Translations under genes and position numbers: made by a program
Part shown: piece by piece, positions 23,131 through 36,084 of the stretch
How positions within the stretch are numbered: the stretch's first letter is position 1
Layout of the letters: every line of letters starts with the position of its first letter
Assembly (NCBI GenBank): GCA_030704615.1
Contig: CM060732.1
Location: 43,586,001 to 43,650,000, forward strand
Origin: Takakia lepidozioides
Taxonomy: Eukaryota > Plantae > Bryophyta
Direction of reading: 5' to 3'
Length of the DNA stretch: 64,000 bases
The notes under the pieces: generated by a model
Told to the model about the DNA's origin: nothing
What the model saw: only the letters and a program-made list of their open reading frames with translations
The model's database searches: none

Positions 23131-24941
23131 GCTTGTCCTACCATAATATGGGCCTACCATGACATCAACCACCACCATACGTTACAAGAAAGCTGAGGCC
23201 CAATTTATAGGTGAAATAATTAGGGTTGTGAACTGACATCCCTTTGGTTAATGCAGCAGCAACCTGGCAGCTAATGTATAAAACCCCCCAAGCCATAGAT
23301 GTTTCATGGCAACACATTAGTCGTAGCATCCTGCAACATATGATAATCTGCTCATATCTACTCATATCTGCTACAGCATAATTATACATACAAATGTAAG
23401 GAGCAATGTGACAAGAGGATGAAGCACGGTCACCTATGTCAAAGAAGCACTGCCCGCTTGTGAGTGCGTCAGCCACTACTGCTGTCTACTCCACCTGACA
23501 ACCCACCCAAGGCGCAAACTATCAGCTTTCAGCTAAGGTCACTGCTATCAGCTATCAGCTGACATTATCAGCTTTCCCAACCAGCTATGTCATAGCAATT
23601 GTCCTGAGCAGGAAGGTGGTAAAAGGCCAAACAGAAGAGAAGGAAAAGGCTGCAGTAATAAAAACAAGGACTATTGAGGATAATCACCTGGGGAAATGGC
23701 AGCATTGATCTGCTTAGAAGCAAAGTATATGTGTTTCACCAGTGATATCCACTTGATAAACCACTCCCAGCAAAGGGGCTTTGATCCATGATGACACAAA
23801 CACTTCCACCAAGAAGATAAACACAAATGATGTCACAAACCCCAGCCCTGCAAAAGCACCAACACCACGAACACCCGTGCTTGATGAGCAACTTACAATG
23901 AACACAAAAGAACATATGCACTGGGTATAAACTTTTGGCTGGGCTAGCATATAACAACCTCAATGGATTTACTGCAATATGAGCAGCATCAAGTATGCAT
24001 GATTCTCGAGAGCACCCCTCTCTGCATCCCCAGCTGCTGAATTAAACATCATGGACCAAAGACAACAACCTACTCATTGTCATGTCAAGACAAGACTTTA
24101 CAAAGTCATTGTCATTAAAAGACAAAGCAACCTTACAAAGGTTATATTTAACATCTTCTTCCCTTCACAACACCTGATTTGATTCATCATGAAAATAACC
24201 TTGTTTTGTTGTAAAGAGATTTCATCACCACACATTCAAACATGATTCTCATTCCATGGAGCATAATGTGGGTCTGGAAGTATTGTTCCAGAACCTGCTT
24301 ACAACCACTTTAGATCAAACAAAACAAAAATAGATTATCTAACAGGCAAAACCATGCTATAAAATGTTGTCCTAGATCCCTATCAACACGTCTCTGCTAT
24401 GTTTGAAGAAACAAGCTTACCAATTATGAACCTTATACCAGGTCAAAGAAATATTTGTTCGGAATTTCAATAGCTTGAACCAAGTAAGAGATTATTACTC
24501 CATAGCCTTATCAGTACACTGCCATAGTAGCAAGCAATGGAAAACAAATACCAGGAAGTAGGTAATGCATAGACAGATCTGTCTGAATTTTCAGAAGGTA
24601 GAATAATGTCATAAGGTGTTGTCAGGTCCTTATCAACATTCTGCCATATTTGAAAAAACAAACCCATCAAGCCCCTGCCTGATACCACATTCTTAATCCA
24701 GAAAACCACTGTTAAGTGGTTGAGTTTAATACAAATCTTTACAGCAACATAAATACTCAGTCACCACTGTAGCTACTGTTCGCAATCAAGAGACCAAGGG
24801 TGATAAAGAAGAGATAAACAGGGAAGAAGAAGAAAGGTGGGGCAGCCTCAGGGAAGACAGAACTCACCATGCAATTGTCACTACGACGATGCCAAAAACG
24901 AGTAACCCACACTTTGTTAGCAGTGTAATCATAGATCCAAA

Positions 24942-25330
24942 GTGAATGTCGGTGCCGACTTTCATTTCTATGTCTGTGTCCTTCCAAACCTAGAGATTGC
25001 ATTCACCTGGATTAGCAACTTAGTGTGTGTTTGCAGTGTCCTTGAATGGAATTTTGTGAATGGCGTTGACGACATTCACATCCAGAGCTATTGTGAGCTT
25101 CAGAGATTTTTTGTACATTTTGTATATTCCGTTGACATTTTGGTGAGAGTTCCTCACTCGAGGTTTCTGAATGTCGTTGCCGACATTCACTTCTATGTCT
25201 GTGTCCTTCCAAAGCCAGAGATTGCATTCACCTGGATTAGGAACTTATGGTGTGTTTGCAGTGTCCTTGAATGGAATTTTGTGAATGTCGTTGACGACAT
25301 TCACATCCAGAGCTGTTGTGAGCTCCTGAG
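24942..25330 (+). repeat. Tandem duplication of ~227 bp
   Basis: GAATGTCG.TGCCGAC.TTCA.TTCTATGTCTGTGTCC.. starts near 24943 and again near 25169. Confidence 0.75.
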
Positions 25331-25422
25331 AGCTCCTTAGAGCTGTTCTGAACTCCATTTCCTTCCTCGTTTTTTTCATTCTGTGCTACTGACATCTTAC
25401 TCACTTTGCACTTTGGTGGGTT

Positions 25423-27597
25423 GTGTTTTGTCTCGTGTTTCACAGGTACCCAAAATATGTGCTTATGGATGGAAATCACCTCAGCGGTATTCCAGACTAT
25501 CTTGACATGTGGTCAGACCCTACAAATAATCCTACCATGTACACTGTAGGGATATTGAAGGACTGGAGTCCTTCTCACTTCAGAGACTGTGGTTGGTACC
25601 TAGACTGCCCACCTGAGCACACGACCTTTAAAGAGCAGCACATGAAATATTTGAACAATAATGCTGAGATGTTGGCTCCTCTGAATGACGAGGAGTACCA
25701 AAGAAACATAGCAACATTGGTTGCCAAGGAGCCTGATGCTCAGGAAATGACGCAGAAGGGCAAGAAGGCGGGGCGCAAACCAAAAGACAAGGCTCCTGAT
25801 GTCATAGCCAGGTCACCAGCAAAGCCAAAGGACAAAGACAAGTCCAAGGACAAGGAGAAGGAAAATGACAAGGGGAAGGAGAAAGAAATAGAAAGGGAGA
25901 TGGAAAAAGAGAGTGAGAAGGACTTCACTGCTGAAAGGTATACCCGCACAATTCAGTGCGTGTTTGATGCCAGACCATACCCTTCCCATGCAGATTCGGC
26001 AGGCGAGATTAAGATTGTCAATGAGGGATGGTTGGCGATGATGCAGAGTCGAACGAGAGGATACACTGGGGTGCCTTCGCCTACCTGGGACAACATGATC
26101 TCATTCCTTAATCTGGTGACAATTTGATTTTCTTTCTTTGCATCTGTAAGTGTCATTTGTAGCCTTAAAATTTGGTTCTTTGAAAACATTCTTGTCTTCG
26201 TTCTAAAATTTGACATGTCTGTTGCAGGTGAGCACTGGTCCCACCTTTGTGTGCGGTGTGCAGAAAACATTTGCGGCTGACATTGTAATTCTCGACATCC
26301 CGGATGGCCAGGCTGTGCCAGAAGTTCTTCCGAAGGGAAAGACACCAAGCTGGAACAAATTCGATGACAACTACTAGAGTTGGGTGTTTGGGTTCTGCAA
26401 TAATTTCCTCTCAGATGCAGGGACACTTCTGCTTTTTCAATCATGTGACAAAGATAGTCGTCGGGCCTTGGCATCATACCTGAAGTCCTCTAGGTTTGAA
26501 GTTTTGCGCACATGGAATTGTGTGAACAGCCTATATCTTGTGAAAGGGGGTTGTCCTGGTCAGTTGGTATGCTGTCTCCCTTCTTCTTGTGCTTTCATGC
26601 TACGTTTCAATGTTATCTGCAGCTCCACTATAGAAGAATATGTAATGATCGACACCGATCATGACAGATTCGTGACAAAACAGATTGTTGTATGCCTTTG
26701 TTTTGAAATTCCAGTGTGCAAACTTCCACTATAGTTTGTGTTTACCACCCTAACCTGCAGTCTTTGGCAGACGAGGATGTTCGAGGCGATCTGTCTGCGG
26801 AGGATTCGCACCTCAAAGACACCATCCTCCGTCCGCAGCTTTGAGATTTCTGACCAAGGTTGTTTCGTCAACCCCCCGTATGAGCCGCATGTCGATGACA
26901 TTTTGTACAACTTCATGCAGTCCAGTCAGATTCTCAAGAGACCAGATGGCACTCCCTGGAGAGGTGCAAAGAAAAAAACCCTAGCGTTCATGCAGATACT
27001 GTTGGAGTCATGCAGCCACCATTCTGCACGGGTGGTCGATCTTTCTGTGTCCACGGGTTCGTTCTCTCCCTTCCGAATTGATTTTCTTTCACCAGTTTCA
27101 TCTTCTTAAATCCCTCCCCCACCAACCTGTCCATGTCCTCCTGTCTGGTGCAGGAGCAACTTACCATGTATGCAAGGCAGGCGGAAGAAGCTTTTTTGGC
27201 ATGGAGGGTGATTCTGACCTTTACAAGATAGTGCTCCTCCCCCTTTTGTCTAGCTCCACTTCAGGCACACAGACTGAGAGGATTTAAATCTGAAATGATG
27301 ACGATCCCGAGGATAAGCAGGTCGACAACGACTTGTCATGTGAGTAAGTCCAAAACCCTCTTTGGGAGCCATACTCAATTTCTCGGACATCAAATTTATA
27401 GTAATAACTTTTTTCGGGCTGTGACTTGCAGGAAATGCAGCAATGGATCTTCAGGAGATACCCCCATTTGTGACGAGTCTGTTTTCGACAGCCCCCTTTC
27501 CAATTTTTTGCTTCCTGTGTATGCCGAAGCAATGGCACTTCATGCGGCCAAGTCTCTATCCCCTGATTTTTTATTGCCCGGCCGTAGGTGTAGCTAG
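25423..27597 (+). pseudogene. MULE accessory gene with divergent beta-class N4C/N6A MTase-like domain (paralog B)
   Basis: Exon from 26228 reads ADIVILDIPDGQ..PSWNKFDDNY*SWVFGFCNNFLSDAGTLLLF. Later PWRGAKKKTLAFMQILLESCSHHSARVVDLSVST|GATYHVCKAGGRSFFGMEGDSDLY. Upstream KDWSPSHFRDCGWYLDCP aligns with KEWHAEHLVDCPWYVDLP of paralog A. Confidence 0.65.
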
Positions 27598-28382
27598 CGT
27601 AGATCCGGAGTTCTTCAATACTTAGACTTAGATGCAGAGGATGCGGGGATACATTGTACTGACTCTGAGTCAGACTGAACTTTGTTCTTTTAATGTTCTG
27701 TTTCATCCTCTTCGGAAAACATTGAATCCCCTTACTCCACTGTAGTTGTTCCGGCAGAAAAAAAAAGAAAATCAAAGAATCCACTTTCATTCAAATGACA
27801 ATATGTATGAATCCATCCCACAAACCCCACTCACTCTTGTCATATCCATTGTGCATTCATCTACTGTGCATTCATGCATGCTCCATTCGTGAATGTTTTC
27901 CTTTATAAAACATCCAGTATACATTCATCCACTGTACTCTGTAATCCACCCCACAAACCTACCACACTCATGTCATATACATTGTGTATTCATCTACAGT
28001 GTATTCATGCATCCTCCAGTCATGAATGTTTTTTATTATTCAACATCCATTATACATTCATCCATTTTACTATTACCCATCCCACATTCATCCATCTACT
28101 TTCATTTTTCGCACTCATCCATCTATTTATCATCCACTCTACATTCATCCATCCTTCATTCATCTGTTGCTTTCAGGTGGGATTGACCACGTCCTTTTAT
28201 TATGTCATCCAGCTTGTTTCCGCGGTGAAGGGTGCTCTTCCGCAGGAATACACTCCACTTTTTCTTTGGCGCGTGGTGACGGGGCCTTCAAGCGCGATGA
28301 CGTGGAGTGAGCCCCGTGATGTGGTGTGAGCGCAGATGCGCTCACGCGCTCATGCAACCAGGCTCACGCCGAGGCATCCCTG
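26560..28382 (-). mobile_element. Second copy of the MULE terminal 1.8 kb, inverted relative to 4167-5978
   Basis: Reverse-complement similarity along its length, ending GGCATCCCTG at 28382. The element probably extends further left through the accessory gene. Confidence 0.85.
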
Positions 28383-28612
28383 TTTGCTGACACATGGTAT
28401 GGATGTCCAACAAGTGTCCCTGGTCATTAACTATGACCTGCCCACCCAGCCGGAGAAGTATCTCCATCGTATTGGCCGCAGTGGGCGTTTTGGGCACAAG
28501 GATGTGGCCATTAATTTTGTCACAAAGGATGATGAGCGCATGCTCCAAGACCTCCAAAGGTTCTACAACACTATTATCAAGGAGCTGCCTCCAAATGTTG
28601 CAGATCTTTTGT
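28383..28612 (+). pseudogene. eIF4A: eIF4A pseudogene, C-terminal piece
   Basis: [47 protein letters not shown]. Confidence 0.92.
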
Positions 28613-28813
28613 CAGTTGAAGATAGCTTGTTCCATAAGTGAGGGGAGGGGGGCTTCGGAATCCCTACATCCCATTAGGATTGGTCATGGAATTACCAAGC
28701 ACTGTATGCATGCAAACGGATCTAGTCATAATGTTGAAAGTGCTGCTTGAGAAAGGGAGCTTGAAGTTACTTTCCAGCTGCTTACGAGGCACTTTAGCCG
28801 GATCTAAATGAAT

Positions 28814-29150
28814 GGAATATTCAAGACAGTGGAAGCAAGAAAGTGCTGGTTAGTACATGGTATCTTTAAAAGTTTTTCATATGCATATTCTAGGCAGCTG
28901 AGAGAGAGCAATTGATGGGGCAAGGGTGGAATATTCAAGACAGTGGAAGCAAGAAAGTGTTGGTTAGTACATGGTATCTTTAAAAGTTTTTTATATGCAT
29001 ATTCTAAGCAGCTGAGAGAGAGCAATTGATGGGGGCAGGGGTGGAATATTCAAAACAGTGGAAGCAAGAAAGTGCTGGTTAGTACATGGTATCATTAAAA
29101 GTTTTTCATATGCATATTCTACTAGGCAGCTAAGAGAGAGCAATTGATGG
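28814..29150 (+). repeat. Three tandem copies of a ~114-bp unit adjoining the PPR remnant
   Basis: GGAATATTCAA.ACAGTGGAAGCAAGAAAGTG at ~28814, 28928 and 29043. Confidence 0.85.
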
Positions 29151-29580
29151 GGGCAGGGGTGAAGCCCGAGCACATCACGTTTGTGTGTGTTTGTAGTTCG
29201 CGTCGAAGCCTGGCAGCCCTGGAAAAGGGCAAAGAGGTGCATGGTTGCATCACCAAAGATGGAATTGTACCAGATGTGATTATGAACAATACCCACGTGG
29301 ACATGTATGCCAAATGTGGGAGTGTTAAACAATATGGCTCAACGAGATTTGGTGTTGTGGAACGCCATGCTTGCAGGATATGCTCAACATGGGCGCGGGA
29401 CAGAAGCCTTGGAAACGTATGTGCAAATGATTGGGAAAGGGGTGAAGTGCAACCATATCATGTTTGTGTACAAAGTTGTATTTGTACTTGATGTCATTCT
29501 GAACACTGCTCTCATAGGCGTGTATGCAAAATGCGGCAGCATGAAGGTTACAAAAGGAGTGTTTGACATTATTGCACATC
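29144..29580 (+). pseudogene. PLS-class PPR protein fragment
   Basis: GVKPEHITF, GKEVH, DMYAKCGS, RDLVLWNAMLAGYAQHG, NTALIGVYAKCGS; frameshifts and deletions. Confidence 0.85.
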
Positions 29581-30066
29581 CGATTGGTGTTGTATTAGGT
29601 TTCTTGGGTGGAAGGGGCCTAGGCAGAGCCTTTGGTCATTCGACAGACCAGTCTTTGGCTTTCTAGTTCAGCAAAAGTGGAACCCGAGGACAAAATCCAC
29701 TATCCCATCTCAGATGTTTTATTGAATTTGCATTGCGTAAAATCTAATTGAACTATATTGTCTCATCCTTCTACCCTGTCTTCTTGAGGGTCACATGTCT
29801 TGTGTACAGGATCTTCATATTCATACATTCATCCGATAATTGCCAGCTTAGCGTTTTCATTATCATTCGTTCCTACGTTCATCCAATAGTTGTTAGCAAA
29901 GGCGTTTGATTTATCGTTCATTCATACGTTCATCCAGTGCACAAAAATTATATTTCATACGTTCATCCAATAGCTGCCAGCAAGGCGTTTGTTTATCATT
30001 CGTTCAAATAGTTCAGTTGTTTTGTTTCACTAACCTTTCATATGTTCATCCAATAGTTGCTAGCGA

Positions 30067-32158
30067 GGGCAGCAAAGACGTGAGCAGATTCCCCCAAGCG
30101 TGAGCAGATTGTAAGTGTGAGCAGATTATTGATGCGGACCCTAAAAGCGAGGGAACAAGTGGGCCTATTGCCGTGGACACAAACTCCACTGCAACGACGC
30201 AATCTTCTACTCTATCGGACCGAAGACAGACAGGCTCCATGACGACAATGTGACACGAATGTGCGATGAAAAATTGTCGGATGAATGTATCTATGATGAA
30301 CGTAAAAGGCAATGGATGAACATTGGATGAACGTTGGATGAGTGTCGGATGAAAAATTGCCCAGATGAGTGAACCATGGATGACTGCAACAACATGTGCA
30401 GAGATCCATGTGTTGTTGAGTTTAAATACGTGTATTTTAATATGGCGGAAGCTTAATTCCGGCCCAGAAGACCAGCCAGATTAAGCTGCCGTCAACACCA
30501 CCTTCATTTGGCACATTCAGAGGGGAAAAAACAAAAAATAATAAAAATATTATTTTTTGTTTTTTTGTTTTTTGGAAAACTTGCAAATGAACCCAACTCC
30601 TGCTTTGCAAGCAAAAGACCTGACGTTTTACCCAGCATGGATTTCTGGTCACCTGGAAGAAAGACATAACAACGAATCATAAGCCAAGCAATTTGTAGAT
30701 GTCATTCACCCCAAAATAACACACCAGAAGACCAGCCAGATTAAGGTGTCGTTGACCACACCTTAATCTGGCACATTCGGGAAAAATTAAAAAAATTAAA
30801 AAAATTATTTTTTGAAAACTTGCAAATGAACCCAGCCCTTGCTTTGCAACAAAAGACCTGGCGTTTACCCAACATGGATTTCTGGTCACTTGAAAGAAAG
30901 ACATGACAATGAATCATAAGCCGAGTAATTTATAGATGCCATTCACCCCAAATAGCACACCAAAAGACGAGCCAGATTAAGGTGTCGTTGACGACACCTT
31001 AATCTGGCACATTCGGGGAAAAATAAAATAAAATAAAAATAATTTTAAAAAAAAATGTTTTACTGAAAAACTTGCAAATGAACCCTACTCCTGCTTTTCA
31101 ACGACACCTTAATCTGGCACATTCGGGAAAAAAAATAAAAAAAATAAAAAACTTGCAAATGAACTCAACCCCTGCTTTGCAAGCAAAAGACCTAACGTTT
31201 ACCCAGCATGGATTTCTGGTCACATGAAAGAATGAAATGACAACGAATCATAAGTTATGTGGTCCGAGCAATTTGTAGATGCCATTCACCCCAAATAACA
31301 CACTAGAAGACTAGCCATATTAAGGTAGATTAAGGTAATCTGGCACATTCGGGGAAAATTAAAATAAAAATAAAAATTGAAAAACTTGCAAATGAACCCA
31401 ACCCCTACTTTGCAAGCAAAAGACCTGGCGTTTACCCAGCATGGATTTCTGGTCACATGGAAGAAGGACATGACAACAAATCATAAGTTATGTGGTCCGA
31501 ACAATTTGTAGATGTCATTTACCCCAAATAGCATATTAGAAGACGTTACAGATGTCATGTTATGCGGAGGCTGCAGCTTGCAAATTTAGTCTCCTCTCTT
31601 CTCCCCCTCCTGTGCTTTACGATAGAAAAGATTTTGTGCAGAGCAAGGCTAATGTCTTCATAGACAGTTCTTCCTTTGTTTTGGATTCCGACTCTAGTAG
31701 CAGTGGATATTCTTCGTCGGAATGAATCGGCTGTTTTCAAACGATTTATATTAAAGCACCAAATGGCCTTTCCACCTTCTTTGCAATTGGGTGTCAGCAT
31801 CTCTCTCGACTTAGGATACCTGGTGAAAGGACAACCACAACCCTCTGCAGTTGGCATAGGTGCACTCTGGAGCTCGGGGGATTTGTCAACCATTACTCAA
31901 AAATGCTTTTTAATTTTGCATTCAACCACAAACTACATTCATCCGTGTGCCATTCGTCCAACATACATTCATCGCCCATTCATCCATCATTCATCCGTCA
32001 TTCATCCATAACGATGAATTGGTAGGCATGTTATACTGGACACTACCCGCAGTAATAGGTCCTCTAAGCCGAATAGGTGTCCGCGGTTATAGGTGAGCAC
32101 ATCCAAAAGCGTGAGCAGAATTCTGCTCACGGATTCTGCTCACGGTTTAGCAATCCCC
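30067..32158. mobile_element. Non-autonomous MULE-like element with CGTGAGC subterminal motifs and ~11-bp TSD
   Basis: Ends GGGCAGCAAAGACGTGAGCAGA / TCTGCTCACGGTTTAGCAATCCCC. Flanks GTTGCTAGCGA (30056-30066) and GTTGCCAGCGA (32159-32169). Confidence 0.6.
30440..31550 (+). repeat. Tandem array of ~230-250-bp units (about 4.5 copies)
   Basis: Recurrent TGGCACATTCGGG, AACTTGCAAATGAAC and CATGGATTTCTGGTCAC blocks. Confidence 0.85.
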
Positions 32159-34670
32159 GTTGCCAGCGAGGCGATTGTTTATCATTCGTTCACATAATTC
32201 AGTTGTCTTGTTTCACTAACCTTTCATATTTTCATCCAATAGCTGCCAGCAAGGCGTTTTTTTTTATCATTCATTCAGATAATTTAGTTGTTTTGTTTCA
32301 CTAACCTTAACCAGCACACGATTAGTTTACTGTTAATGAGCTGGGTCAGTGAAAAAGTAGTTAAGTTGTTTTATTTCTTATTATCCACATATATATTGCT
32401 ATATAATTGATATATTGTGATTACACATGCCAATACTTAATTGGTTGTCTCAGTCAACTCATTTTAGGTAGTCAAAGTTTCTCACTACAGTAAAGCTTTT
32501 TGCGGTTGTCTAACATCTCGAATATTTTAATATAAATTTTGACTGCAAAATGGTTGGAACAGTCGAAAATGACAACAGTCAACGCCAGCGTCAAACAAAA
32601 TCGTCGAAATTATATAGGGTGTGTTGTAGTGCTCTTGATCGTGCGCAACAAGAGCCAACCAATTCCATCCGCGGGATTTCTTGAACCAAAAACCCACATA
32701 CAAAGTGTAGTCTGACCCCCAGTAACGGTCACTTCTCTAAGTTCGAGACAAGACAGTGCTCGGTGGCCAATGCCCGATGGAGTAAAAAACTTTCAGTTTG
32801 CGACTTGAGCGGAGAACGAATCGTTCGTGGGGAAGAATAACAAGATCTCTTTGAAGAGCCTTTTCGCTATGAACCGTGAGAGAATCAACAAGGTCGCGGG
32901 TAGTAGGTGTACACACCGTAAGACTCCCAAATCTTAACAATCGTAACAAAATCGCACCAATGCCACTGGTGAACAAAGCCAAATGCGAGGGATCCACAAA
33001 ATCATAGGATACCAGCGGAACGTTAAGGGATTGAACGGAGATTTGTTCGTAAAGCCCAAACTGCCTGAATTCTAACCGTAAGACAAAAATTGACTTTTGA
33101 GTTCGGGGATAGGCACCTTGAACTGTCTCCTCAAAGCTAGCTCTTTGTCAATCACACTATGAACTTCTCTCACTAGTAAAGCAGGATCGCTGATCCAGGC
33201 AGAGACTCTCTCCCGTTCAGTAGCAGAGAAACGCGAGACGTCCACAAAAATCGAGATTCAAATTTATCGATCCACACCAAGTTGTCACTGCTCAACTCGA
33301 GCTACTCACTATCAAACACAAGAGAGTCCTGGATTTGCGAGTTAACATCAAGCAGCCCCTCAAGATTGTAAGCAGACTCAACGTAGCCCAAACCGTAATC
33401 AGCTCTGTTAGGTCACCGCTTGGCAAAGAGCCCGAACTCACTGAGCCATGAGCCAAATATAAAGCTCTTTCTTCAAAGGCCGCTTCTGCCCTGGCATACG
33501 TTGAGTAGTTAGTGCCTGAGGAGGTAGGTCTTTCAATGTCAGGAATAGGAACCCCTGGAATCAACAATGGAACACGCGCGGGCAGGAGCTGCAGTCACTT
33601 CCAAGACGGGATGACCCTCCACTACCTGTAAACTGGAAGCAGACACAGGAACGCCCAAAACTAATTAGCTGGAACCAACCACGTTAGAACCTGCAACCTC
33701 CACTCTCAGTTCAATCTTAACTAAGATGGAACCACTGTCTTCTCTCTCGCTCGACAAACTACATAGAACTGCAGATGCCATTGTAACACAAGAAAAACAA
33801 GCAAGGCAAAGAAATGAAATTGCACAACGCGAAAAGTGAGGCTGCCACCGCCATCGCAACCTCCTCTTGAGCCCAAAGACTTTGCTTCAAAAACCAAATT
33901 CAACCCGAGGTAACCGGCGCAAAATCACTGTACATATGGAGCCGCCACTACCCACAAGACTCCACCATATTTTGTGCTTGAATGAGATTCTCCCGTCCTC
34001 ACAAGTGCACGTTAAACTAGGGGTGTAAGAGCTCGGAAGGAGCGGGCTTTACAACACGAGAAGAGAGATGAACATGTAGAGGATTCCACGTACATCATAT
34101 GTGCAGAGCTAACACACACACATCCAAGCTCACAGAGCACGTCCATAAATCCGTACGCCAGGTTGTACATACGAGAAGAAGGGCCCTGATTCAAGGTCAG
34201 GAACAAGCTTATATCCAAAACCTAGGGTGAGGCAACCCCCACATGGCACCATGCCACGGGTTGCCTAGATTACAAACAGATCTGGCCTGTAGACCAATGA
34301 AGGGGCCAGATGCAGCCACAAAGCTCTAGGATAACCTCAAACAAGTATATGTCAGGCTGTATATAACGGTCTCCCGCCGTAAATACTAATGGCATGGGAT
34401 GAACCTGTCAGACAGTAATGAATAGGCTGATAGTCAGGCTAGGAGAACATGAGCCATTACAAGGCAAAATGCCTCCAAACCTAGGTTATGAGCAAATAAT
34501 CAATGTCATATCCTAGAGAGATATGAAGACAAATAAGAGAGTAGTGAGGAACATCACACAAGAGTTGGGTTTCAGTACATTTTCAAGCTAAGTATCAACA
34601 TAGCGATAGTGTTGTTCCTAGACCACCCTCTAATCTTCACACCAACTTCAAACCTGGGCCCTTATGTACT

Positions 34671-34808
34671 GAACGCGCCCCCTAGGGCGCATTAAGGCTC
34701 CTAGTGAGTCACTAGGGCGAAGCCGGTAGGCCGAGACCTAGGTGCCATAGTACCGGCTTCGCCCTAGTGACTCACTAGGAGCCATAATGCGCCCTAGGGG
34801 GCGCGTTC
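34671..34808. repeat. Near-perfect hairpin: 58-bp arms (57/58 match), 22-bp loop
   Basis: 34671-34728 is the reverse complement of 34751-34808 with one mismatch. Confidence 0.95.
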
Positions 34809-34813
34809 CCTGG

Positions 34814-35012
34814 CGTAGAGGAATTTTGGGAGCAGATTCTGCGAGGCCCTGATTGGCTGCAGGCCATAATGAGTCAATACAAGTCAAATTGCTGATTAGG
34901 AGAGTCAAACAGCCGAGTAGGAATGCAGAATGCGCCAGCGCCGTGGAGCGTCGATCTTCTGCATCCTAATTTGCCTAAAAAATGGCAGAATCTGCCTCCA
35001 AAATCCTTAACG
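34814..35012. mobile_element. Small MITE-like element with ~28-bp imperfect terminal inverted repeats
   Basis: CGTAGAGGAATTTTGGGAGCAGATTCTGC versus GCAGAATCTGCCTCCAAAATCCTTAACG. No TSD recognised. Confidence 0.45.
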
Positions 35013-36084
35013 GAGTTCACATGGTGCGATAGTTAGTTCGGGATAGTGCGATTTCCCATTTGGGTGTTTCTCATATTTCTCTGTCAATGCCAACAATACA
35101 TCTCACAAAGATTACACCCTTGCAGGGTAAGGGGATGGCAATCCGGGCAAACCCAGATGACAGTTTGTGGGTTAGGTCGGTGCCGAACTGTAGAACGTGT
35201 TTGAAAGTTGAACACAGGACCATGACAGAGAGGGCAGCTGAGTGGGAGACAGAGGGGGCAGGGGAGGGAGGGACGGTGGGGCCAGTGGCAGTAATAACGG
35301 AACAATAACGGGTGGAGGCAGGGAGTGGCAGGCGGAGGACACATGTGCCCAGCCTGCCCTGCTCTCTAAGTATGTACCGCAGTGTCCAGTCTGTGCTTGA
35401 TGACTTGAGGTGTGCCGCGTGGCCCTCAACAGGTTCCAGCACCAGTCTGTGTACAACCCTGCTTCCTTCTTCTGCTGTTGGAAATTGGGGATTGATAGCA
35501 GTGCAGTGCAAGGAGCCCCTTGCACTCGGCGTTGGAATAGGGAGTGGTCGGGGAGCATCGCATTGGAGCATCCGCATGTGCTTTGGCGGTCCACCCCGTT
35601 GAATGTCCCCCCCTTTGTCCCTTGTGGAGACTCGGAAGACTTGCGTGGGTTTCCTTAGGGGCCCACTTAAGTGGTAGGGGTGTCCTTATTGAAGGGAAGT
35701 TTGTCTGCGGGAAACCACGGGGCCTGCGTGGTTGGGCAGTCGGTTGAGAGGCCGATGTTGGGTTGCATGTGTCCAAGTTTGTGATACATTGCAGGCTGGG
35801 GTTGCAGATCTTGATATAGGTTCGAAAGGGTCCGATTAGTCTGTCGGCATTCTTGTTTCCGATCAGTTCGTTCTGCAAGGGTTTGTGGAAGCCTGACAAT
35901 TGCAAGGATAACCTCCGTGACACTTCCATGGTGTTTGGGATTGACGCGGCCTTGTTTTGAAGTGTTCGAGCGTCGGACAGTGATCATAGCCTGGCCATTG
36001 GACTTCGGTAACGTGTCTGTCAGCAGATCGGACCGGAAAAGATTTGGATTTGAAAAGGGAGACGACGAATATAGAGAAGCTGGG

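Noticed and set aside
26864-26882. FVNPPY as the catalytic N6-adenine MTase motif IV (also at ~5658-5675)
   Set aside because: It lies only ~45 residues before motif I, leaving no room for motifs V-VIII, and it is not conserved in paralog A. DIPDG occupies the expected position.
35917-36084. N-terminal extension of HMGR from the ORF-track start
   Set aside because: It starts at GTG and shows no HMGR similarity; the first in-frame ATG is 36085.
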